This document shows, piece by piece, positions 28,902-39,500 of a stretch of 64,000 nt of DNA. The notes below the pieces were generated by a model. That model saw only the letters and a list, made by a program, of their open reading frames with translations, searched no databases and was not told the DNA's origin. How positions within the stretch are numbered: position 1 is the stretch's first letter; every line of letters begins with the position of its first letter. Position numbers and translations under genes: made by a program. The DNA is from an uncultured Bacteroidales bacterium (lineage in GTDB: Bacteria; Bacteroidota; Bacteroidia; Bacteroidales; ML635J-15): assembly GCA_937982115.1 (NCBI GenBank), contig CALJNE010000019.1, positions 20,084 to 84,083 on the forward strand. The letters run 5' to 3'.

Positions 28902-28919
28902 TAAAAACGAGTTCTTTGT

Positions 28920-29234
28920 TTACTTGTTAATTTTGCCTATCTTTTGTTCTACTGAATTGATTTTTGAATCCATCCTGCCGAGAGGTTTATCGTGTCTAAT
29001 GTCAAATGTTGCAGTGCAATAAATTCTATTAGAATGTTCTTTTAAGATTTCGTGAGCTTTTGAAATAAAACTCAGAGCCTCTTCAACCGTTTCGGTTTCA
29101 ATGATTGTTCCCATTGCCGTTAGTTTATAATTTACTCCGGCCTCATCAATCATTTTAATTACTTTGCTGACGTATTCACTTACGCTTGATCCCTTATCAG
29201 TAGGGAAAATGGCAAAATTCATCAATACCGACAT
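28920..29234 (-). CDS. MTH1187/YkoF-family (DUF77) thiamine-binding-like protein
   Basis: 104 aa. The pattern MNFAIFPTDKGSSVSEYVSKVIKMIDEAGVNYKLTAMGTIIE is typical of this family as I recall it. Confidence 0.6.
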   Translation of the reverse strand: MSVLMNFAIFPTDKGSSVSEYVSKVIKMIDEAGVNYKLTAMGTIIETETVEEALSFISKAHEILKEHSNRIYCTATFDIRHDKPLGRMDSKINSVEQKIGKINK

Positions 29235-29238
29235 AATA

Positions 29239-30603
29239 CTATTTATTTAAGGCATTCATTATTTCTCTGAAAATTGTTCTCTCTACGGTTTTTGTGAGTT
29301 CTACATAAGCCTTGTTGTCGGCGGCGACAAAATCAGCGGCATAGTGATCTGCAGAACCTGTTTTTCGATATATAAGATTTTCTTTTGAATCTTTTAATTC
29401 AAAAGAGTATGAAATTGTAACCTGTTTATCTCCGTAGTAAGAACCGTTTTCAACGGTATTGGTAAAGATATTAAAGATAAAGTCAGCAGGCATTTTGACA
29501 TTCACAAGAAATTCAGTACTGAAAAGACTTTCAAAAGCACTTCGTATCGTAAAGGTTTCGCGAATTTTTCCAAAAGATTGTTCTTCGCTTACAACATAAA
29601 TCACCGGCTTTTGAACAAAAACTTTTATATTCTTTTCTATCGAAGGAATTCCGCGTATTATACTTCGTATCATCGGATCCTTTGCTACCCTGCTGAAATT
29701 ATTTATATCAACAGCAATACTTAGATTCTCCTGACCGGGAACAGACTTAATTTTTCTTATTGCACATGAAATTTTTCCTTCGCTGTTTGATACTTCCGAA
29801 TTTCGTAATAATCCCGAACCACTGAAATTTATACGCACAGGAATCCCCGAAACAGGATTTCCAGCACCGTCAACAATTATAAATGTAAAATCCTTTGGGT
29901 CAACCTCCATTGCTTTTTTTACATATATTTCTTCTTTACCTTGGATTTTTAAAGAATTTATGAATTCCACCATAGAGTTAAAAAGGACAATGGCAATATC
30001 TTTAGCTTCGCCGTCAATATCGGTTATATTAGATTCTCCGAGATAAGGTTTTAAAACTGTCAAAGCTTCAACATAAAACTGAAAAGCATTATAGTGCAAC
30101 TGACGACTTAAAAACTCCTGAGCCTGATAATACTTGTTTTTTGCATCTAATATCACCTGATTTTTTCGTTCAGCAGTAATTTGAGCATATCTTTCCTTTG
30201 AGAGTCTGTAATAAACCCAATAAAAATTTTCATCTTCCCAGGTGTCCACAAGTTCATATCCCTCTAATTGTTGGGATGTTGAAGCAATAATTTCCTGACT
30301 GAAATTTTGAGAAAGATTATAATTTGTTTCTATAATTGAAAGAACTGAGGTGCTGGCAATATTAATCGAAATACTTGATGCCAGGTCTCCGAGAGCTTTT
30401 TGCTGAGCATTGGCAATATAATCCGAAGGCAAAAATCCTTTTTTGGGAGCAGAGCTAACTCCGGTGTAATAAAATGCACTTTGAGGTTTTGTTTTTACCC
30501 ATTCGGGCATAGGTTTTTTATCAAAAGTGGTTTTTTTAAGGTTTTGACACGACAAAACCAAAAATGATAAGAGAAAAATTATGCTCAAATTTACAAATCT
30601 CAT
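29239..30603 (-). CDS. lipoprotein with an N-terminal LPP20-like domain
   Basis: Lipobox LVLSC. PEWVKTKPQSAFYYTGVSS...AQQKALGDLASSISINIAST resembles the LPP20 domain pattern. Confidence 0.5.
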   Translation of the reverse strand: MRFVNLSIIFLLSFLVLSCQNLKKTTFDKKPMPEWVKTKPQSAFYYTGVSSAPKKGFLPSDYIANAQQKALGDLASSISINIASTSVLSIIETNYNLSQNFSQEIIASTSQQLEGYELVDTWEDENFYWVYYRLSKERYAQITAERKNQVILDAKNKYYQAQEFLSRQLHYNAFQFYVEALTVLKPYLGESNITDIDGEAKDIAIVLFNSMVEFINSLKIQGKEEIYVKKAMEVDPKDFTFIIVDGAGNPVSGIPVRINFSGSGLLRNSEVSNSEGKISCAIRKIKSVPGQENLSIAVDINNFSRVAKDPMIRSIIRGIPSIEKNIKVFVQKPVIYVVSEEQSFGKIRETFTIRSAFESLFSTEFLVNVKMPADFIFNIFTNTVENGSYYGDKQVTISYSFELKDSKENLIYRKTGSADHYAADFVAADNKAYVELTKTVERTIFREIMNALNK

Positions 30604-30607
30604 AGTT

Positions 30608-31981
30608 TTAGTTTTTTACTACATAATCAATTACGGCTTCAGATATTTCAGTAGCGGTTTTATTTACTACTTCTTCGGACAAAGTTTCATAATCTTTGAT
30701 TTGCGATTTTGCATTTAAAAGCTTTTGTAAAGCCTTAATGCTTTCGGGATTGTCGTTTATGTAGTCTTCGCTCGAAGAGTGAACTGTAGTTTTCCAATAC
30801 CCTGGAACAAGGTTTTTAGAATCCCCTTGATAACGAGCATAATTAACCTCATCAACAGCGCTATAACTTTTTGATCCTGTTTTTAATATTACATTTGTTT
30901 TTCCATTTATCAATTTATATGAAAAACTTAACTCAACAGATCTATACATGTAAAATTCCTTGTATTTAACCTTTTCATATTGAATTTTCACTTCTTCCTC
31001 ACCGGTTTCTCTGTTAGTAACTTTATACTGTTTTTTTAAATATCCTCTTTTTTCGGTTTCTTTTAAATCGCCTTTATTGTAAACGAATTTTGAAATTTCA
31101 ACATTCAGAATTACGTCAGGATGACGATTTTGTGTGTTTGTTGATACAGGCTGATTAGAAAAGCCTTTTCCGGTAGTAGTTTTATTGCCGGAATCAATCA
31201 ATCTTATAAAAGGATTATTTGCTTCGAGAATGTTTTCAATAATTTTTGATTCCAGATTAGAAGCAATCTGTGCATCGGTTGAGACATTCTGAATTTTAGA
31301 AATTTGAATCACAATTGTTCCTTTTTCGAGGCATTCAGCTTTTAATTCGTGTGAGTTTTTATAGTTTGAGGCATTTCTGATAATTTCGTCAAAAACATAA
31401 TATGCTTTGCGAAACTGTTGCTGATCCATTAACTTTAATCCGTTTCTATATTTAGGTTCGTTTACAGCAATAACAAGTTTATCTTTTGCATCTTTATAAC
31501 TTGGTTGAAACTTAACAACTTCCCGGAAAGCTTTTTCGGCATCGGCAAATTTTTCATCATCAAGAAATTTTACGCCCTCATAATATTTATCTTCTACATA
31601 AACATTTTTCACTTCATCATAATACTCATCATAGAACGAAGGGAAATTCAACTCAACGCCGACAGATGCAATTTTGTTGTAATAGTCCTTGGCATCCTGA
31701 TAATAATAAACAGCTTCTTTGTTTTTTTGATCATTATAAGCTTTGTTAAACTCGGACAATTTCTTACTCAAAGTCATTTGTCCGGTTCGTTTCAATCCTG
31801 CCATTGCTTCGATGTTAGTTCTTTTAATTAACAAAGCCTGATAAAACATATCGGCAGCATCTGAATATTGTCCCAGTGCTTCGTATTTTAATCCCTTTTT
31901 TGTGTATCTTTTGCTTGCACAGCTTCCGAATACAATAACCAAACTTAGTAATACAGCAAAAATTGTAATTGTTTTTTTCAT
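30608..31981 (-). CDS. lipoprotein with TPR-like N-terminal half and CsgG/LpoB-like C-terminal half
   Basis: Lipobox VFGSC. TPR-like helices (GQYSDAADMFYQALL, FADAEKAFREVVKFQPSY). The C-terminal pattern IVIQISKIQNVS...DVILNVEISKFVY resembles CsgG-type lipoproteins. Confidence 0.45.
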   Translation of the reverse strand: MKKTITIFAVLLSLVIVFGSCASKRYTKKGLKYEALGQYSDAADMFYQALLIKRTNIEAMAGLKRTGQMTLSKKLSEFNKAYNDQKNKEAVYYYQDAKDYYNKIASVGVELNFPSFYDEYYDEVKNVYVEDKYYEGVKFLDDEKFADAEKAFREVVKFQPSYKDAKDKLVIAVNEPKYRNGLKLMDQQQFRKAYYVFDEIIRNASNYKNSHELKAECLEKGTIVIQISKIQNVSTDAQIASNLESKIIENILEANNPFIRLIDSGNKTTTGKGFSNQPVSTNTQNRHPDVILNVEISKFVYNKGDLKETEKRGYLKKQYKVTNRETGEEEVKIQYEKVKYKEFYMYRSVELSFSYKLINGKTNVILKTGSKSYSAVDEVNYARYQGDSKNLVPGYWKTTVHSSSEDYINDNPESIKALQKLLNAKSQIKDYETLSEEVVNKTATEISEAVIDYVVKN

Positions 31982-32013
31982 AATTATCGGATTTTAATTG
32001 CCAAATTTAAAAA

Positions 32014-34617
32014 TTATTTTAAAATTTTTGTATTTAGGTTCAATTTTCTTTTGTCATTATCATTCAAATTAAGAATAATCTCTCCATTTTTACGATTTAT
32101 GGAAATTGATTTTATTTCATATAATTTTCCGTATAAATCACATTTTATTCCATTTATTACCATCAAGTCAACAATTTCTGATTTAATATTATTTATTCTG
32201 AATTTAGCTTTATTTTCAATAACTATTTCTCCAAAACGCACTTGTGAATTAGCATTAAGGTTAACAATTCCATTTTTTGAAACTATGGTTTTGAGGTATT
32301 TCAGATTATCATAAGTTTGGGGATATTTATTTTTGAATTCCTGATTCATTGCAATAATCGAAGCAAGAATTTCCTTAGATTCCAATGAAATATCTCCTCT
32401 TTGTAATATTGCAAGCAGCGCAATAATTCCTGAAACACTGACATCATATTTTTGAGATATGTATGTTTCTGTTAAATTTTTCCAGGTCATTGCAAATTCG
32501 TAGGAACCTTTTGAAGAATATATTGTTGAATTTACGAGTTGGGCTTCTAAGCCGTCGAATTTTCCATAAACAACAATTTTATCTCCTTTATCCACCACAG
32601 TATTCTCTGAACCTGCCGAAGATTGTTCGCCAATTTTTTCATAACCTAAAAAATTTCCCTTTTTATCGAAGTTTGCGGCAAAAAACATATTTGAAGTTTC
32701 AATATCATGAACTAATCCACTGTTTCTAAGCCACAACAAATTAAAGTTTTCGTCCCAGCAAATCATGAACAACTCTTTTGTCCCCGAATTTGATGCAGAC
32801 TGGTCGGCAACTTTTATATTATGAGTGAAATATCCGGACAGATATACTTTACCTTCGGAATAAGCTATACCTACAGGCATTAGGCTTCCTGTACCGCTTA
32901 CAAGTTCAAGATGAAGGATTTCTGCTTTATCGTTTGATTTGGCAACAAATACCATTGATTCGTTTTCGGCAGGTTTAACGGTCTTGTGGTTATAAACAAT
33001 TTCGTCCTCGATAAGTCCTGTCAAGAACCATAAATTTTTTGAAGGATTTACAATATCTCCCGAATAATTAGTTTTAATAAAGCCTATTGCCACAAAATCT
33101 TTCCAGATGTTGTTGGTAACATTATAAACAGACTCCGAAGATCTGAGTTTTAAAATATTTACTTCTGACTTAACATACTCAGGCATACAAACGCCAACCG
33201 GAGCGTTTATGTATGTGGGATCGCAAACTATATACCTGCTGTTGTCAATAAGATAATAAGCTCCATTTATTACTTCGTTAAATTTCACTGCAGTAGCAAC
33301 GTGGTCGGGATAATTAAGAGCAACCAAAGGCAAGTTTAGGAATTGTCGTACAAGGTATGCGTAAAACACTGATCTATCCTCACAATCGCAATATTTATAA
33401 TGGAAAATTTCCTCAGGAAAGAAAAACTTCTCGTGTCCGAATTGTTCTTGATCGGTTTGGTAATTAAATGCAAGCTGAACAAAAGCAAGCAAAAAGTTTG
33501 CAGCCTCAAGTTCGCCCATATCTTTTATAACAGGATATATGTTTTTATTCAAAGACTCTTTTACATAAGAAGAAATCCCTGCATTAAAAAATATTTGAAT
33601 TTCTCCTTGTGGATAATCATTATAAAAATCAATAAGATTCTTGCTGTAGTTTATGTCAAAATTGTAAGTTTTCCCATTATACTCAAAACTCAGCTTTTTA
33701 GTAGCAACAAGATCTCCCAATATCGGAGTTTGATAAATGTTAAAATTCATTATTTGATTGGCTTCGGGATAATTACTGCGGAAAGTGTAAATGGTTTTTA
33801 CACCCGATCCGTTTTCAAAAATGTAATACTTTAAATTATCCAGCACAAAATATGAATACCCGTAAATTGTATTTATTGAAGGGATTAACAAATAAATATT
33901 TGTTCCGGAATAACCGACTTTAACTCTATATCCCGATTTAGACAACAAAAACCAGGTAAGTAACTTTGCTGAATTATTGTTACTTGAAATTTTGGCAGCA
34001 CAATTTTCAACAAGTTTACAATATCCCCAATCATTAAGCGAATGATATTTTTTAAAATCAAGCATTTGCCCCACTACTCTGTAATAATCGGTTTCGAGCA
34101 TTGATTCCCAAAAATTGGCAATATTTGATTCGCTCACATAGCTTATCCCTATTTCTTTAAACTTTTTTGGAAAAATCAAATTAAATTCAGAACCGTAAAA
34201 GTTCAAAGTTAAATCATCATAATCTTTTTTAGAGGCAGGAGTTTCAGGAACAGGAATATTGACATAAGTAGAACTTATTTGATAAACTTCGTTTTCTTCG
34301 GTAATGCTTGTTTTTTTCTGGGAAAGTTTCTTGCCGGAACCTCTCTCATTTTTTTTATCATAAACAGGGATTTTATCCGGACCGGGTATTGTTATTGGTT
34401 TTTGTTCGGAAAATAATTTAAAATTTTCCCAATCTTGTTTTAAAAATTCGAGAAATTCTTTATCTCTGTCCTCTTTAAATTTTTCAAAATTTTTGGTTTC
34501 TTCAATAAAAAACCTGTCATAATCATTCTTAAGTTTGTTATATAGTGCCGTATCAACTTGAGCAAATGCCGAAATAGCAAATATCAGGAAAACACCGATA
34601 AAAAAAATATTTTTCAT
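32014..34617 (-). CDS. secreted 867-aa protein with a central transglutaminase-like Cys-His-Asp core
   Basis: I chose the ATG at 34617, which gives the signal peptide MKNIFFIGVFLIFAISAFAQ. YKYCDCEDRSVFYAYLV...YPDHVATAV...IVCDPTY fits the order and spacing of a transglutaminase/papain-like triad. Confidence 0.5.
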   Translation of the reverse strand: MKNIFFIGVFLIFAISAFAQVDTALYNKLKNDYDRFFIEETKNFEKFKEDRDKEFLEFLKQDWENFKLFSEQKPITIPGPDKIPVYDKKNERGSGKKLSQKKTSITEENEVYQISSTYVNIPVPETPASKKDYDDLTLNFYGSEFNLIFPKKFKEIGISYVSESNIANFWESMLETDYYRVVGQMLDFKKYHSLNDWGYCKLVENCAAKISSNNNSAKLLTWFLLSKSGYRVKVGYSGTNIYLLIPSINTIYGYSYFVLDNLKYYIFENGSGVKTIYTFRSNYPEANQIMNFNIYQTPILGDLVATKKLSFEYNGKTYNFDINYSKNLIDFYNDYPQGEIQIFFNAGISSYVKESLNKNIYPVIKDMGELEAANFLLAFVQLAFNYQTDQEQFGHEKFFFPEEIFHYKYCDCEDRSVFYAYLVRQFLNLPLVALNYPDHVATAVKFNEVINGAYYLIDNSRYIVCDPTYINAPVGVCMPEYVKSEVNILKLRSSESVYNVTNNIWKDFVAIGFIKTNYSGDIVNPSKNLWFLTGLIEDEIVYNHKTVKPAENESMVFVAKSNDKAEILHLELVSGTGSLMPVGIAYSEGKVYLSGYFTHNIKVADQSASNSGTKELFMICWDENFNLLWLRNSGLVHDIETSNMFFAANFDKKGNFLGYEKIGEQSSAGSENTVVDKGDKIVVYGKFDGLEAQLVNSTIYSSKGSYEFAMTWKNLTETYISQKYDVSVSGIIALLAILQRGDISLESKEILASIIAMNQEFKNKYPQTYDNLKYLKTIVSKNGIVNLNANSQVRFGEIVIENKAKFRINNIKSEIVDLMVINGIKCDLYGKLYEIKSISINRKNGEIILNLNDNDKRKLNLNTKILK

Positions 34618-34763
34618 ACACTTATTTTTTGTGTCCAAATAAACAATTATTGTACCATCAAAAAAAAAATGAAAAAATTTTTTTAATATTGTTGCAGGTT
34701 TAAAAATTTTTATCACTTTTACACCGCAAAATTAAATAAAAAAATTTTTAAATATAGAGCACA

Positions 34764-35189
34764 ATGAGCGGAAATAAATTAAGAGTGATAAAAGATTACG
34801 AAAAGCTGCCGAAAGAAATTCAGGAGCAGATTAAACTGACTTATCCCAACGGTTTTAGTCAGCATTTAATCACTTTTACAGACAAAGACGGTAAATTGGT
34901 TAGTGCACTTCCTTTTGAGACAGAAGACAAGTACTATTTAGTACGAATGACAAAGCAAGAGGCTTTGGATATTGTTTTTGCAGATGATGATTTTGACGAA
35001 GACGGAATCTTAAAAGACGCCGTAAAAGAAGAGTTTTCAGACAAGTATGCCGAATTGGATTATCTTAATGAAGTATTGGGTAATTCAGAAGATGATTTTG
35101 ATGACGACGGTTATGATGACGATGATTTGGATGAGGATTTTGATGATGATGTTGAAGATGTAGATAATATTGATGATGAAGACCTTTAG
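34764..35189 (+). CDS. small conserved-looking protein with an extremely acidic C-terminal tail
   Basis: 141 aa. The last ~45 residues are almost entirely D/E (DDFDDDGYDDDDLDEDFDDDVEDVDNIDDEDL). Confidence 0.6.
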   Translation: MSGNKLRVIKDYEKLPKEIQEQIKLTYPNGFSQHLITFTDKDGKLVSALPFETEDKYYLVRMTKQEALDIVFADDDFDEDGILKDAVKEEFSDKYAELDYLNEVLGNSEDDFDDDGYDDDDLDEDFDDDVEDVDNIDDEDL

Positions 35190-35218
35190 AAAAAAAGCCG
35201 GTTAACCCGGCTTTTTTT
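35190..35218. terminator. bidirectional rho-independent terminator between 34764..35189(+) and kbl(-)
   Basis: aaaaaaagccgg-ttaac-ccggcttttttt: a GC stem flanked by an A-run and a T-run. Confidence 0.75.
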
Positions 35219-36407
35219 ATTTGATTACTCCCATTTCTTTTCCAACTTTTGTGAATGCATCAATAGCCTTATCAAGATGGTGAATTTCGTGAGCTGCCGA
35301 CAACTGCACTCTAATTCTTGCAAGCCCTTTAGGCACAACCGGATAAGAAAAGCCAATAACATATATACCTTCTTCGAGCAGTTTAGCAGCAAAATCCTGA
35401 GCTAATTTTGCATCGTACAACATTACTGCACAAATAGCAGATTGTGTAGGTTTAATATCAAATCCGATATTTGACATTTTCTCCATAAAGTATTTTGTAT
35501 TAAAGTGGAGTTTGTCTTGAAGTTCGTTAGTAGCACTCATCATTTCGAGCATTTTTATACCTGCTGCAACAACCATCGGAGGAATTGAATTTGAGAACAA
35601 ATATGGTCTCGACCTTTGACGAAGCATCTCGATGATTTCTTTCTTACCGGTAGTAAATCCGCCAATAGCACCACCAAAAGCTTTTCCCAAAGTTCCGGTA
35701 ATTATTTCTATTTTGCCTTTAAGGTTAAAATGTTCGGTAACTCCGCGACCTGTTTCTCCGACAACACCTGCAGAATGCGATTCGTCAACCATAATCATTG
35801 CGTTGTATTTCTCTGCCAGCTGATAAATTTTATCAAGCGGAGCAACGTTTCCGTCCATAGAGAAAACTCCGTCGGTTACTATAAGTTTAAATCTGCAATC
35901 TTTAGCAGCAATCAGTTGCTTTTCGAGATCATCAACATTAGCATTCTCATATCTGAATCTCTGAGCTTTACAAAGACGAACGCCATCAATTATGGAAGCA
36001 TGATTCAAAGAATCCGAGATTATTGCATCCTGTTCGTTAAGCAGTGGTTCAAAAACTCCACCGTTTGCATCAAAGCAAGCTGCATATAAAATAGTATCTT
36101 CGGTACCGAAAAATTCAGCAATTTTTGCTTCCAATTCTTTATGAAGATCGGTAGTTCCGCAAATAAATCTTACTGAAGACATCCCATAGCCGTGAGAATC
36201 AAGAGCTTTCTTTGCTGCTTCAATCAGCTTGGGATTGTTCGAAAGTCCAAGATAATTATTGGCACAAAAATTTAATACCTTTTGTCCGGTATTTAACTCA
36301 ATTTCAGCTCCCTGCGGTGATACAATTATTCTTTCCGATTTATAAAGACCGGCTTCTCTGATATCACTGATTTCTTTTTGTAAATAACTCTTAAAATCGC
36401 TGTACAT
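35217..36407 (-). CDS. kbl: glycine C-acetyltransferase (2-amino-3-ketobutyrate CoA ligase)
   Basis: 396 aa. N-terminal LQKEISDIREAGLYKSERII, SMDG, and a PLP-lysine region TGTLGKAFGG. This is a class-II aminotransferase fold typical of Kbl. Confidence 0.85.
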   Translation of the reverse strand: MYSDFKSYLQKEISDIREAGLYKSERIIVSPQGAEIELNTGQKVLNFCANNYLGLSNNPKLIEAAKKALDSHGYGMSSVRFICGTTDLHKELEAKIAEFFGTEDTILYAACFDANGGVFEPLLNEQDAIISDSLNHASIIDGVRLCKAQRFRYENANVDDLEKQLIAAKDCRFKLIVTDGVFSMDGNVAPLDKIYQLAEKYNAMIMVDESHSAGVVGETGRGVTEHFNLKGKIEIITGTLGKAFGGAIGGFTTGKKEIIEMLRQRSRPYLFSNSIPPMVVAAGIKMLEMMSATNELQDKLHFNTKYFMEKMSNIGFDIKPTQSAICAVMLYDAKLAQDFAAKLLEEGIYVIGFSYPVVPKGLARIRVQLSAAHEIHHLDKAIDAFTKVGKEMGVIK

Positions 36408-36531
36408 ATCTGATATTTTTAATGATTACTTGCAACAAAAATAATAATTTTGACAGACAAAACATTTAATTTTTTTATTTTTAAAACATTATTTGTAATT
36501 ATTGCGTTAATTCATTTTTACAAGAAAAAAA

Positions 36532-39500
36532 TTGAAAAAAATTCTTACAATATTGTTTGTTTTTATTGCGATTTTACCTGAAATAAAATCTCAAAATCTT
36601 ATTAATACTCGTAGAAAAATATTGCAAATAAAATCCGACACTCTAATAATTGATACTTTGAGCATCTGGCAAGAAAGCATAAAATTTTTCAACATCAATA
36701 ATGAACAACTTTTAAATTTTGATTACGAATTTGATTTTTTCAAGTCAGCAATTATTTTTAAAGATATTCCTGAATTTGACAGTATTGTTGTAGAATACAA
36801 ATTTTTTCCGGTAAATTATTCAAAGCCGATTTCATTATTCGATAAAAGCAAACATTTAAAAGCAGAAAGATTGCCTGAAAGAAAATATGATTATGTTGTT
36901 GAAAGAGATTATTTGAGGGATGCCAATATAAACAAAGATTTATCACGTAGAGGAAGCATAAGCCGAGGTGTTAATTTTGGTAACAACCAGAATGTTTCTT
37001 TAAATTCGGGATTGAATTTACAACTCGACGGAAAACTTAACGACGAAATTTATATCCTTGCTGCTATAAGCGATAATAACATTCCAATTCAACCCGAAGG
37101 AAATACCCAATACATTCAAGAGTTTGACAAGGTTTTCATTAAACTTTATAACGAGAATTTAGCCCTTACTTTCGGAGATTTTGAATTAAGAAAGCCCACA
37201 GGCTATTTTATGAATTATTTTAAAAAAGTTCAAGGAGCGAGTATTAGTGTAAAACAAGAAAAATATGTTAAGAATAAAAAATTTGGTATTGAATCAAGTT
37301 TAAGTGGTGCGGCAACAAAAGGAAAATTCCACAGGCTGGAGTTCAGAGGACAGGAAGGGAATCAAGGTCCTTATAAACTAACCGGAGCAAATAACGAACA
37401 AAACATAATAATCCTTGCGGGTTCGGAAAAAGTTTTTGTTGACGGAATTTTGCAAGTTCGAGGTTTGGACAATCAATATGTAATAGACTACAATACCGGA
37501 GAAATTACATTTACACCAAAACAACCTATTAATAAAGATAAGAGAATAATTATCGAGTTTGAATACACAGAAAAAAGCTACACCCGTTTTTTGATTGGAA
37601 GTTCAAATAAAGTTACATACGGCAATTCTGAATTTTACCTGAATTTTTACCAAGAAAAAGACAGCAAAAACAGCCCGATTGATCAGGATTTAACTCCTTA
37701 TGAAAGATTTTTACTTATGCAGGCAGGCGATAACATAGAATTTGCAAGAGTTCCGGCATTTGATTCGATAGGATTTTCAACCGAAGAAATAAGATACGAA
37801 CTAAGAGACAGTATTGTTAACGAAGAATATTTCGACTCAATTTTTGTTTACAGCACAAACCCCTTAAAAGCAATTTACAGAGTTAGATTTGTATATGTTG
37901 GTACTAACAAAGGCAATTATAAAAGAAGTATAAGCACTGTAAACGGGAGAGTCTTTGAATGGATTGCTCCGATAAACGGAATCCCACAGGGAGATTATGA
38001 ACCTTATAAAACATTAATAAGTCCTGAAAAAAAACAATTAATAAACTTTGGGGCGAATGTTAAGCCCGACGAAAAAACAATATTTAGTACAGAAATAGCC
38101 ATAAGCAATAACGACAAAAACACTTTTTCTAACAAAGATGCTTATGATAATCAAGGATTAGCTTGGATATCATCTCTGGAACGCAGCCTGATAAAAAGCG
38201 ACAAAAACTTGCTTTCAGCCAAAATCACCTACTCTTATCAGCAAAAATATTTCAGGGTAATAGAAAATTTTAGAACTCCGGAATTTACGAGAGATTGGAA
38301 TTTAAAGGAATTTTATCCCGAATCAGACGAAAACTTTTTGAATTTTACATTAAACTTTAATTCAAAAAACAGCCTGAACTCAAAATTAGAATACAATCTA
38401 CTCAAAAGAGGGTCAATGTACACAGGGGACAACGGTGGAATACAATTAAATTATCAAATAAAAAAACTAAACATTAGTGGAAAGGCTTATATTTTAGATG
38501 CTGAAACTCCGGTTTTCGTAAGCAGATTTATCCGTCACAATTTTTTAGTAACTCAACGTTTTAAACATTTTATTATAGGTGTGGGAGAAGAAGCAGAAAA
38601 CAATCAATTTAAAGATAAAGACCAAAATGCACTTATCAATAACAGTTTTGCTTTTCAAAGTTTTAACTTTTTAGTTAAAACAACCGACAGTACTAAATTA
38701 CAGTTAGAAACTAACTATAAATTAAGAAAAGATTTTTTAGCAACGAATTACGAACTCAGTCCTGCAACTCAATCCAATAATTTAAGTTTCATTTTAAATT
38801 ACAACATATCATCTAATCACAGAATTTCGAGTACTGCAACTTTTCGTAAACTTAACATTTCCGACAGCAGTTTATATAATAATCCTGCCGAAAACAATCT
38901 GGTTGGACGTTTAGAATACAGTTATAAAGCATTAAAAGGAGTATTTTCTGGCAGTTGTTTTTACGAGACAGGTTCGGGAATGGAAAGAAAAATAGAATTT
39001 TCGTATCTGGAAGTTCCTGCCGGACAAGGCGTTTACACCTGGACAGATTATAACAATAACGGAATTAAAGAACTTGACGAATTTGAAGTTGCTTTTTTCA
39101 ACGACCAGGCAAATTACATCAGAATATTTATTCCATCATCGGAATATATTAAAACTTATTCAAACCAATTCAGTTATGTTCTGAACACCAAACCCGAGGC
39201 AGTTTGGCGACGCTCGGAAAATAAGACTAAAAAATTTATTTCACATTTTTCCAATCAATTTGCTTTTCGTACAGGTACAAAAAATACATCAGATGAGTTT
39301 TTTGTTTATGCAAATCCGTTTGTTAACAATATTGAGGATATAAACATTCTCAGCATGAATCAAAATATTAGAAATTCATTTTCGTTTAACAAAACTAATC
39401 CCAAATTCGGAGCAGACTATATATATCAGCTCACAAACAATAAAATGCTCTTAGTATCAGGCTTTGAAACAAGAAATAACTACATAAACACATTTCAGTC

